Below are positions 8,229 to 15,851 of a DNA stretch of 18,058 nucleotides, in pieces. The stretch is taken from the NCBI GenBank assembly GCA_048884965.1, contig JBHLQH010000050.1, positions 1 through 18,058 on the forward strand. Reading direction: 5' to 3'. Source of the DNA: Candidatus Thorarchaeota archaeon (GTDB taxonomy: Archaea > Asgardarchaeota > Thorarchaeia > Thorarchaeales > Thorarchaeaceae). Position 1 is the stretch's first letter, and every line of letters begins with the position of its first letter. The translations under genes were made by a program, and so were the position numbers. A model generated the notes under the pieces. The model did not search any database and was not told the origin of the DNA. It worked only from the letters and a program-made list of their open reading frames with translations.

Positions 8229-9305
8229 TTGCCCCTAAATGACATAGACGTACAGATTCTGAAAGCACTGGAATTAGAAGGCGCAAAGACCTCGACCAGA
8301 GACTTGGGGAAGATACTTGATATCCCCGATAGGACCGTCAGATACAGGCTCAACCGTCTTCGAGAGAAGAAGATCCTTCATTCCCCCATCATCCAGACCT
8401 ACGAACGAAAGCTAGGCCTTGCAGAGAAGGTGCTCCTCCTCCGTTCAATCCCTTCAAAGGAGTCTGAACTTAAAGAAGTCTTGGATAAGATACCTATCTT
8501 CTATAACTATGCTCCAACCTATGGGAAGTTCGATGGGTTCATTGTATATTCCATGTTCCCCATAGCGGGCTCTCACATGATCGCTCGCTTAACACAAGAA
8601 ATGAAAGAATCGGGACTGATCGAGGCTTGCTATGAGTTCGATCTTGTTGACTACAAGAGAAAAGGAGCCAACGTGGATGCATTTCTTCCTGAGAGTGATT
8701 GGACTTGGGAAAAGTGGTACGCCCAGGTTGGCAAGATAATGGATGATTGTGAGAGGATTGACTTGGGCTTCGAAGAGTTCCCTCAGGTGGTGAGCTTTGA
8801 TTTCAAGGACATCCAGATTATCATGAATATGGTTGAGAATGCAGAGATCACATTGAAGGAGTTGAGCGACATTCTCGACATCTCCCAACCGCAGGTGCAT
8901 AAACGCATCAAGAATCTGGAGGATACTGGCATAATCAGAGGGTATAAGCCATCATTCATGCCTTTCAAGGACTATTCTACGATAAGTACCATTTTCAAAT
9001 CCCGTGAGCACGCTCAAGAGATTCTGTGTGCCTTCCATCGGTTACCCTTCTTTGTGGTCTTCTCAATGGAGACCAGAAATCACTTTTTCGTGACCCTATC
9101 GATTCCATCAAGCGATACAGATTATTTCCTCCAAGGAATCAATAAGCTCAAGCAATATGTGGATGAATTCTTCATTCAGACTCATCTCCGTGGCACTCAC
9201 AAGGGGCATCTCCACCTTCTTTCCACCTATAATCAGGATACTAAACAATGGGACATCCCAATGAGTGACTATGTCGAGATGATTCGATCTGCGTTATCAA
9301 AATAG
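8229..9305 (+). CDS. Tandem (duplicated) Lrp/AsnC-type winged-helix transcriptional regulator
   Basis: Two AsnC-type HTH units (LNDIDVQILKAL...TVRYRLNRL; FDFKDIQII...VHKRIKNLEDTGIIRGY), each followed by a RAM-like alpha/beta region. Confidence 0.88.
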   Translation: MPLNDIDVQILKALELEGAKTSTRDLGKILDIPDRTVRYRLNRLREKKILHSPIIQTYERKLGLAEKVLLLRSIPSKESELKEVLDKIPIFYNYAPTYGKFDGFIVYSMFPIAGSHMIARLTQEMKESGLIEACYEFDLVDYKRKGANVDAFLPESDWTWEKWYAQVGKIMDDCERIDLGFEEFPQVVSFDFKDIQIIMNMVENAEITLKELSDILDISQPQVHKRIKNLEDTGIIRGYKPSFMPFKDYSTISTIFKSREHAQEILCAFHRLPFFVVFSMETRNHFFVTLSIPSSDTDYFLQGINKLKQYVDEFFIQTHLRGTHKGHLHLLSTYNQDTKQWDIPMSDYVEMIRSALSK

Positions 9306-9447
9306 CATGTATGACAATATCCACAGACATATATTCTAATACACTATAGTGAAGTGGACATTGCAGTCAGAAAGACTTAGCTTGATTATTAAACTTCTTC
9401 ATAAAAGAGCAGAAAGAAGGAGATTTGGAAAGAAACGGTGACAAAGA

Positions 9448-10434
9448 TTGTCTAGAATCTATTTTGTTTTGCTAACTATTATGCTTACTCTTCCATTGAC
9501 AATAGGAGTAGATGCCCAAATCGACAGCACAACAACTCCGGAATTGATTATTAGTCCACTCTCAATTATAGCAAGAATGAATACCAATGGATCGACTTCT
9601 ATCTATATTCATGGTACAGTTTCAAACCAAGGTGATAATGCCACAAGTGAAATCAGTTATAGAATCGAATCATTAGATTTACGCATAATTTCTGTAAACT
9701 TCAATGGAGATGCTATTCCAGCAACGATATTTCGAATGGAGCGGCACTCCATGATACTCATCACGCTCTCTGAAAGCCTCGAATCAGGATCTTCGGGAGA
9801 GCTAGATATCGAGGTCATTTCAGAGGATATTCAATCACCACTCGAAATAGCAACTGATGGTGAATCTATGGAAGGTAGTCTAGTCTACTATATGCGTCCT
9901 CATGTCACAATAGCAAATTTTACCTTTACAGCCATTCTTCCAGAGTATGCTTCTCTCTCTGATGAATCATTAGTACCTATCTTTCCCAGTTCCGATGGTA
10001 ACTATACCAACGGTAAATCGCTTATCTTTGTCTGGAATACGAATATACTTCAACCTGGTCAAGAACGTGCATACATCATACGATACCAAGTTGACTATAT
10101 AGAATCAATACCAGAAGCTCTCTCTGCCCTACTTGTCCTACCTTTTTTGGTAGCTGGAATTGGGATAGGATCAATTCTGACATTCTTTTGGCCAAGAATA
10201 GTCGGCCGTATCAAGAAGTCTGGTAGGGTTGAATATCTTGGAATAACTTCTGAAGAAGAAGAGATTCTAGATATCCTCCGAGAGAAAGGTGGTTCCTGTT
10301 CTCAGAAAGAACTCTATCGAAGCTTACCAATCTCTGAATCAAAGGTGAGCTTACTTCTCGGAAATCTAGAAGAAAGAGGCGCAATTCGAAGATTTCGTGA
10401 AGGGCGTGAAAACATGGTCCATCTTATTGAGTAA
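9448..10434 (+). CDS. Membrane-anchored protein with an extracellular domain and a C-terminal winged HTH (COG2512-like)
   Basis: Signal peptide (...IGVDA|Q), about 200 aa beta-rich ectodomain with NxS/T sequons, one TM, then EEEEILDILREKGGSCSQKEL...SESKVSLLLGNLEERGAIRRFREGREN. Confidence 0.85.
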   Translation: MSRIYFVLLTIMLTLPLTIGVDAQIDSTTTPELIISPLSIIARMNTNGSTSIYIHGTVSNQGDNATSEISYRIESLDLRIISVNFNGDAIPATIFRMERHSMILITLSESLESGSSGELDIEVISEDIQSPLEIATDGESMEGSLVYYMRPHVTIANFTFTAILPEYASLSDESLVPIFPSSDGNYTNGKSLIFVWNTNILQPGQERAYIIRYQVDYIESIPEALSALLVLPFLVAGIGIGSILTFFWPRIVGRIKKSGRVEYLGITSEEEEILDILREKGGSCSQKELYRSLPISESKVSLLLGNLEERGAIRRFREGRENMVHLIE

Positions 10435-10447
10435 GGAAACTCTGCAT

Positions 10448-10484
10448 AAAAAAGAGGGGTAGAGAAAGATTTCTCTACCTCTTT
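10448..10484 (-). terminator. Hairpin plus U-tract between convergent genes
   Basis: GGTAGAGAAA/TTTCTCTACC 10-nt inverted repeat (10458-10479) overlapping the stop codon of the 410-aa gene, then CCTCTTTTTT on minus. Confidence 0.6.
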
Positions 10485-11707
10485 CTAATTGTCACTATTG
10501 CAATTATCGATATGATGACAATTGTAGCCAAAAATCCAATTGCTAGACTTGTATCGAGAGGAATCTGTAGAACTGGACTATTTCCTTCTAGTAGACCAAT
10601 TGATGGATCATGTACTATTGAACCATTATTGAAATTGGGATATGCGAAAAAGACAGCTAGTCCCATTCCTGTGGGAATATATGAGGTGGTAACATTGACA
10701 CTTTCAGTTATACCACCTGGCCATGTAATCACTGCTTGGTCTATCCATCGGTAGAATCCCTGTGTCAGATTGGATTCTATATCGATAAAATCAATCTGCT
10801 GCATGTGATTACCTCCAATCCCATGAAATAGTGTTTCATTACCTGACTGAGTGGTCCAGTTCATCATTGATGTTCCATTGAAATTATGGAATCGTTCATG
10901 GGTCATGAACATATGGCCAGCGTTTCCCATATGGCCTTCAGCCATATTCTCATTCAACATGGTCTGTATCGAAACTTGAGAGGTGTTTGTGCTAAAGGGA
11001 AAATTTCCGATCTCTATGTCTACCTTCAGCTCGGTCCCTCCAGCAATAGTATAATTCGTTTGGAGCCCATTTGAATCTGTAATATAATCTTCATAGTCAC
11101 TTAGATATAGATGTGCCCAGATCTGGATTGTGACATCCTCGAATCTCTCGTAATTCGCTCCCTCATCATAGATATGAGGTCCATGCATCATCTCTGGTCC
11201 GCCAGGCATCATGTGATGATGTGACTCCTCATCGCTTAATCCACCTTTAGAGTATTTAAGCCAAACTTCAGTTGTCGTACCATTCGAATCTTCAACGCTT
11301 CCACTCTGCACTGTCCATTCATATGCTGAAAGTGGTGCGAAATCAATTGACTCATTGAATTGAAATGCATTATCACCATTCATGTCTTCGAATTCAGCGA
11401 TTAGACTGTATGATGCCATGAAACGTGCCATAGCACCATTATCATCTTGAGTATACCAAAAATGAAAAGCAGGCATCTCTTTCACTGCCATAATCGTAAG
11501 GGTATCTGTGGTCAACCAAATTGCTTCGTCATCCATCATATGTCCCGGCATATGGCCCATATCTGCCATATCCGGCATACCTGGCATCGTTGGAACTGTA
11601 TCGGTCATTCCTCCATCATCCGATCCATGTGCAGCTACAGGTTGGAATAGAATTCCTGCACTTAATAGAGCAAATGATACGAGAAATATACTAAATCCTT
11701 GATTCAT
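10475..11707 (-). CDS. His/Met-rich, C-terminally anchored cell-surface glycoprotein
   Basis: Signal peptide ending PVAA|H, three His/Met-rich patches, ten NxS/T sequons, C-terminal TM followed by RKR. Confidence 0.85.
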   Translation of the reverse strand: MNQGFSIFLVSFALLSAGILFQPVAAHGSDDGGMTDTVPTMPGMPDMADMGHMPGHMMDDEAIWLTTDTLTIMAVKEMPAFHFWYTQDDNGAMARFMASYSLIAEFEDMNGDNAFQFNESIDFAPLSAYEWTVQSGSVEDSNGTTTEVWLKYSKGGLSDEESHHHMMPGGPEMMHGPHIYDEGANYERFEDVTIQIWAHLYLSDYEDYITDSNGLQTNYTIAGGTELKVDIEIGNFPFSTNTSQVSIQTMLNENMAEGHMGNAGHMFMTHERFHNFNGTSMMNWTTQSGNETLFHGIGGNHMQQIDFIDIESNLTQGFYRWIDQAVITWPGGITESVNVTTSYIPTGMGLAVFFAYPNFNNGSIVHDPSIGLLEGNSPVLQIPLDTSLAIGFLATIVIISIIAIVTIRKR

Positions 11708-11738
11708 TGATTTATCACTAGTTTTTCTCTCTCAGGAT

Positions 11739-11822
11739 ACTATATAATGATTCTGAAGTACCATATAGTTTAAACAATAATAATAAGCACTATAAAGACC
11801 TTAAATGAATTATTATAGTTTA
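11739..11822. promoter_or_regulatory. Tandem palindromic operator ACTATA-N19-TATAGT (two copies) over the promoter of the His/Met-rich gene
   Basis: Half-sites at 11739, 11764, 11789 and 11814 (25-bp spacing, alternating orientation); the first overlaps a TTATATA box on minus. Confidence 0.5.
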
Positions 11823-11883
11823 TGAACTCTTTGAACGATTGAAGGGCTCCTGACTAAAGATAAGAAAACCAAAGAAGAGGAAA

Positions 11884-12200
11884 GGTGCAGCGGCTCACGA
11901 TGCATCGACTGTCCTTCTTCTGAGGAGCATGGACAGTGCGTTTCTCAAAGCAGCTACCTCTGAGGCTCCCACACCTAGCCTTAGGGCTGTTCCCGCCAGG
12001 GCCTGACCCATTTCGTCAATTTAAGACAATCAGAGCATTCCTACGAATGCACCTTTGTCCGTGCAAGACTTCAGAGACTCCTCGTCAACGTCCCGCACTG
12101 AAACTCATCAGGATCGGGGTTCAGCCTCCGCTGTGTTACTGACGCCACTATTGCCATGTGGTTGAAGCCGCGGCAAACGGCCCGTCCTTCCCGCTGCATC
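11884..12200 (-). ncRNA. ffs: Signal recognition particle RNA (archaeal 7S type)
   Basis: 317 nt closed by GATGCAGCGG/CCGCTGCACC (helix 1); helix 6 GCATTC-GTAG-GAATGC (GNAR loop); helix 8 GGGT-CAGG-CCC-TGGC-GGG-AACA-GCCC-TAAG; TTTTTAG box about 25 nt upstream; pyrimidine tract downstream. Confidence 0.88.
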
Positions 12201-12249
12201 TTCGACTCTCTATAGAATCACCTAAAAACATTGTCAATTGCCCAAAGGG

Positions 12250-14031
12250 CTAGACGAAACGTCCTGCGGTTCTTTTAATCTGTACAATCTCATCATATAC
12301 ATCAAGTTCGGGCTGTGTCAAGTCATCCATGAACTTCTGGCGGATAGCCAGTACTTGCGAATCAGGAATATCGATGTAGAGAGTTTCATCCTCCCCTATC
12401 TGTCTTCCAACTGTTGGCCCACGTATGGAGAGAGCCACCTCCATACCAGTAGTAGCTTCATCAATATTGACTGATCTATCTTGAATCTGCATTATCGTTC
12501 CCACACGTCGTCCTTCAGCGTTCATCAATCCCAATCGAGGTTTGATGATGCCATGGACCCGTACTCCAACGACTGCAGGCTTACTGTGCCTGAAGATGTA
12601 TTGTGGGATGATTTCGACCTTTCCAGGTCGGATGATGCTGCTAAGGGACTCTGCCTTTGCTTGTTCACGTTTCACCATGACCCATGCGTTATACTCGTCA
12701 TATAATCGATAGATGACTTCGTTCAGGAACACCTCGACACCATACTCAGCTGCCAGCTCATCAATATCCGGTCCGAATTTGACATTGAAGCCAAGAATCA
12801 CCGCGTTAAGTGGGTCCTCATCCCCTGAAGCCACCGCCTCGATGACATCACGTTTCACGATAGGTCCAACATCTGCGCTTCTGATGGGCACTTTCCTTTC
12901 TTGTAGGAACTGTGATACAGCCTCCAGTGAGCCCAAGGTGTCGGTTTTGAGAACGATACCTGACTTGTCCGTCTGAATTCGTATCGATTTGACCTCATCA
13001 CGGACCTTCTTCTTGACCTCCTCTAATTTCTCAGGATCAGAAACCGCATATACGGGAGCTCCAGCTACAGCACCTTCAATATCGGGTGCCACTATCTTTA
13101 CACCAGCTGCTGCATGTACTTCTGAAACTGGTGTGAACTTCTCCTTTGGGTCCCTAATCTCGTCAAGGGGTTTTGGCTGTAGGAGCGTCCTGATCTTTGC
13201 TACGACGACCTTGTCCAAACCACCAACAACAATGGTATCTGTCTTCCTCAAGATACCATCATAGATGATAGTGTCTAATGTAAGTCCAAGTCCCGTTTCC
13301 TCTCGAATCTCCAAGACAGCACCTTTAGCGGGTCCTGAGGTCACCTTCAACCTCTCCTTCATGAATTGCTGTGTGAGTCCGGAGAGTACCATCAAGAGTT
13401 CGGGAATCCCTTCCCCTGTCTTGGCGCTTGTCGGGACTATGGCGACATTCTTTTTGAAGTCCGTCACCCTGTCGAATCTCTCTGAACCGATATCATTGCC
13501 TGATAACGCGCCAACAATCTCGTAGATTCTCCTATCAAGCTCGGCTTGCACAGACACTGGTTGTGCCTTGATGGCCTGCATCAGTGACATGCCCGGCTTG
13601 GCTTTCCATCCAGGTATCTTGTCCATCTTGTTCGCTGCGATGAGGAAGGGTGTCTTTCCTGACCGGAGGATCTTCAGCGACTCGTAGGTCTGGGTAAGCG
13701 CACCTTCATTGATATCGACAACAAGGATTGCGATATCGGCTATTGCTCCTCCCCTTCTTCTAAGGTTGAGATACGCCTCGTGACCGGGAGTATCTATGAA
13801 TAGGAGGCCGTCGATCTCCAGTTGTGTGTTGATGGACTTGAGCAGGTCTCCGCAGATGGAATTGATGGTTTCAGTGGGGAAGAAGGAGGCTCCGATATGC
13901 TGGGTGATGCCTGCTGCCTCTCTCTCTTGAACACCTGTCCCCCTCATCTTATCTAGAAGGGAGGTCTTTCCATGGTCGATGTGTCCGAGGACTGTAACTA
14001 TTGGAGAACGAAGCTTGGATGATCCTGTCAT
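12250..14031 (-). CDS. infB: Translation initiation factor aIF5B (IF-2)
   Basis: LRSPIVTVLGHIDHGKTSLLD, GITQHIGA, DTPGHEA, NKMD, DTLGSLEA; start set at ATG 14031 behind SD GAGGTG. Confidence 0.98.
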   Translation of the reverse strand: MTGSSKLRSPIVTVLGHIDHGKTSLLDKMRGTGVQEREAAGITQHIGASFFPTETINSICGDLLKSINTQLEIDGLLFIDTPGHEAYLNLRRRGGAIADIAILVVDINEGALTQTYESLKILRSGKTPFLIAANKMDKIPGWKAKPGMSLMQAIKAQPVSVQAELDRRIYEIVGALSGNDIGSERFDRVTDFKKNVAIVPTSAKTGEGIPELLMVLSGLTQQFMKERLKVTSGPAKGAVLEIREETGLGLTLDTIIYDGILRKTDTIVVGGLDKVVVAKIRTLLQPKPLDEIRDPKEKFTPVSEVHAAAGVKIVAPDIEGAVAGAPVYAVSDPEKLEEVKKKVRDEVKSIRIQTDKSGIVLKTDTLGSLEAVSQFLQERKVPIRSADVGPIVKRDVIEAVASGDEDPLNAVILGFNVKFGPDIDELAAEYGVEVFLNEVIYRLYDEYNAWVMVKREQAKAESLSSIIRPGKVEIIPQYIFRHSKPAVVGVRVHGIIKPRLGLMNAEGRRVGTIMQIQDRSVNIDEATTGMEVALSIRGPTVGRQIGEDETLYIDIPDSQVLAIRQKFMDDLTQPELDVYDEIVQIKRTAGRFV

Positions 14032-14191
14032 AACCCAGCACCTCACATGAGATTGTTGCCCCGCAGCCTGAGATAGCATAAGAAAGTGTCGTTTGTGGAG
14101 CTGTCACAAGCCTCAAATAACAAATGTCTGGCTCAAGCCCCAGCAAAGACACAGAATATTCAGTGTCATACCAGTTTATTGGTGAAGAAAA

Positions 14192-14854
14192 GTGGAACGA
14201 TCATTTGTTATAATCAAACCCGATGGGACCGTCCGACGAAGGGTTAGTGCCCTCGCATTGCAGGCACTCCTTGACCAAGGTCTCAAGATCAAAGCCTTCA
14301 AGGAGATGAAGGTCTCAGAGTCACTAGCAAAGATGCACTACGATGTCCATAAGGACAAGCCATTCTTCCCTTGGCTCGTAGATTTCATCTCGTCCGCACC
14401 GGTCCTCACTATCATCTTCGAGGCTGAGAATGCCATTCAGACGATCCGTGATACACTTGGTGCAACATTCGTCCAGAAAGCCAACCCTGACTCCGTTCGG
14501 GGCAAGTATGGTATCTGGGCTGGAATAAACATCGCACATGCATCTGACGCTCCAGAAACAGCGACCAATGAGATCGCTCTCTGGACCTCAGAAGGAGGAC
14601 TCATAGAATCATCTGACGCTCACGAGAGGGCTCAATTCCATATTGCCAAGTATATCTCCGGCGATGCCGACTATACCATGGAGATTCGTGAAACTGTTCA
14701 GAATGCCATCGCAAAGGGTAACACTTCCAAGTATGTGCTTGAGAAGTTGACCGATTTGCTAGGCAAGGACGCTGATGGAATTCCATCAGATCAAATTCAG
14801 GCTTTAGCAAAAGCAATCTTTGACTTCATCATCGAGGAAGTCGAGAAACAATAA
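14192..14854 (+). CDS. ndk: Nucleoside diphosphate kinase with a C-terminal helical extension of about 85 aa
   Basis: IIKPDG, HY..HKDKPFF, R..LGAT, SVRG, NIAHASD (catalytic His), NEI; SD GGTGA before the GTG. Confidence 0.93.
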   Translation: MERSFVIIKPDGTVRRRVSALALQALLDQGLKIKAFKEMKVSESLAKMHYDVHKDKPFFPWLVDFISSAPVLTIIFEAENAIQTIRDTLGATFVQKANPDSVRGKYGIWAGINIAHASDAPETATNEIALWTSEGGLIESSDAHERAQFHIAKYISGDADYTMEIRETVQNAIAKGNTSKYVLEKLTDLLGKDADGIPSDQIQALAKAIFDFIIEEVEKQ

Positions 14855-14862
14855 TAGAATCA

Positions 14863-14898
14863 CACGGTGGCACCAAGTGCCACCATGACTTTGTTTTT
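14863..14898. terminator. Probable bidirectional hairpin terminator between ndk and rpl24e
   Basis: GGTGGCAC-CAA-GTGCCACC (14866-14884), followed by ACTTTGTTTTT on plus and TTCTATTATTGTTT on minus. Confidence 0.7.
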
Positions 14899-14901
14899 AG
14901 A

Positions 14902-15102
14902 TCAACGACCGGCCTTGCCGCCTTTCTCATAGCCGGCAGTCCATTTCGTGTCTCTGGGCTTCATCTTCCTTTTCAGTCGATTGACCTTACACTTGTTGGA
15001 GCAGAACCAAAAGAGAGCGCCATCCTTGGTCTGTACAAAGGCAGAGCCAGTTCCAGGCTCGATGTCCTTTCCACAGAAAGAGCATTTCTGCGTTCCGACC
15101 AT
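14902..15102 (-). CDS. rpl24e: 50S ribosomal protein L24e (eL24)
   Basis: CSFCGKDIEPGTG...FCSNKC...KWT zinc-finger (TRASH) pattern; synteny with rps28e and rpl7ae. Confidence 0.97.
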   Translation of the reverse strand: MVGTQKCSFCGKDIEPGTGSAFVQTKDGALFWFCSNKCKVNRLKRKMKPRDTKWTAGYEKGGKAGR

Positions 15103-15106
15103 TGCT

Positions 15107-15328
15107 CTAGCGCCTCCTCATCTTCCGCGCCTCACGTTCAGTTTCACGCAGGATCAGTATGTCACCCATCCTGACGGGTCCCTTGACGTTGCGTGTGAGG
15201 ACTCGACCCTTATCTCTACCGTCGAGGATCTTAACTCGTACCTGTGTAATTTCCCCAGTCACTCCAGTGCGTCCCAATAGCTGAATGACTTCGGCAGGAA
15301 TTGAAGGTGTTTCTTCTTCACCGCTCAT
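15107..15328 (-). CDS. rps28e: 30S ribosomal protein S28e (eS28)
   Basis: [14 protein letters not shown]...[21 protein letters not shown]; ATG 15328 chosen from the AGGTGA spacing (TTG 15337 is the alternative). Confidence 0.97.
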   Translation of the reverse strand: MSGEEETPSIPAEVIQLLGRTGVTGEITQVRVKILDGRDKGRVLTRNVKGPVRMGDILILRETEREARKMRRR

Positions 15329-15348
15329 CTTCTTCAATCACCTAACGG

Positions 15349-15720
15349 TTATTTTCGGAGTCCAGCAATCTTGTCTACGATATCACTGACAAGATCCTTG
15401 GCTTTGCCTTCTACAACGATGGCAACTGCTGCTGTGGGACGGTCAATACCTGCAGCGTTTCCAAGGTCTTTCTTGCTTGGAATATAGATGTAGGGGGCCT
15501 TCTTATCATCACAGAGACCTGGCATGTACATTGTGATCTCAGCTGGCTCAACATCCTCAGCAATTACTACAAGACGAGCGATTCCTCGTTCAATACTCTT
15601 TGTCGCCTCGTTGATTCCCTTCTTGATCCTGCCAGTATCCTTGGCAATCTCTAGGGCTTCAAGGGCCTTCTTTTGAAGCTCTTCAGTGGCTTCCCAATCT
15701 ACAAAACTTGGTTTTGGCAT
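15349..15720 (-). CDS. rpl7ae: 50S ribosomal protein L7Ae (eL8), K-turn binding protein
   Basis: IKKGINEATKSIERG.A.LVVIAEDVEP, SKKDLGNAAGI. Confidence 0.98.
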   Translation of the reverse strand: MPKPSFVDWEATEELQKKALEALEIAKDTGRIKKGINEATKSIERGIARLVVIAEDVEPAEITMYMPGLCDDKKAPYIYIPSKKDLGNAAGIDRPTAAVAIVVEGKAKDLVSDIVDKIAGLRK

Positions 15721-15727
15721 AACTGTC

Positions 15728-15752
15728 TACCTCAGTTCGTACTTCATTGGTA
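15728..15752 (-). promoter_or_regulatory. Kink-turn in the rpl7ae 5' UTR (L7Ae autoregulatory site)
   Basis: TACC-AAT-GA-AGT-ACGA-ACT-GA-GGTA: C-stem, 3-nt bulge, tandem sheared GA/AG pairs and NC stem; it sequesters SD GAGGT. Confidence 0.85.
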
Positions 15753-15851
15753 TCCAGATATTCATCGAAATGAATACGGATTAAACAACAGAACCTGTTA
15801 TTCCCTTCGCGCCTCTGTCTATCATCTTTTAAAACTGTCGAACTGCACGTT

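Noticed and set aside
11884-12200. Alternative identity as RNase P RNA, and the overlapping ORF 11936..12142
   Set aside because: No GAGGAAAGTCC or AACAGAA P4 motifs; the helix 6 and 8 signatures fit SRP RNA, so the ORF is a shadow.
14528-14548. Ndk HASD instead of HGSD as a sign of inactivation
   Set aside because: HASD occurs in other archaeal Ndks and the other catalytic residues are present.
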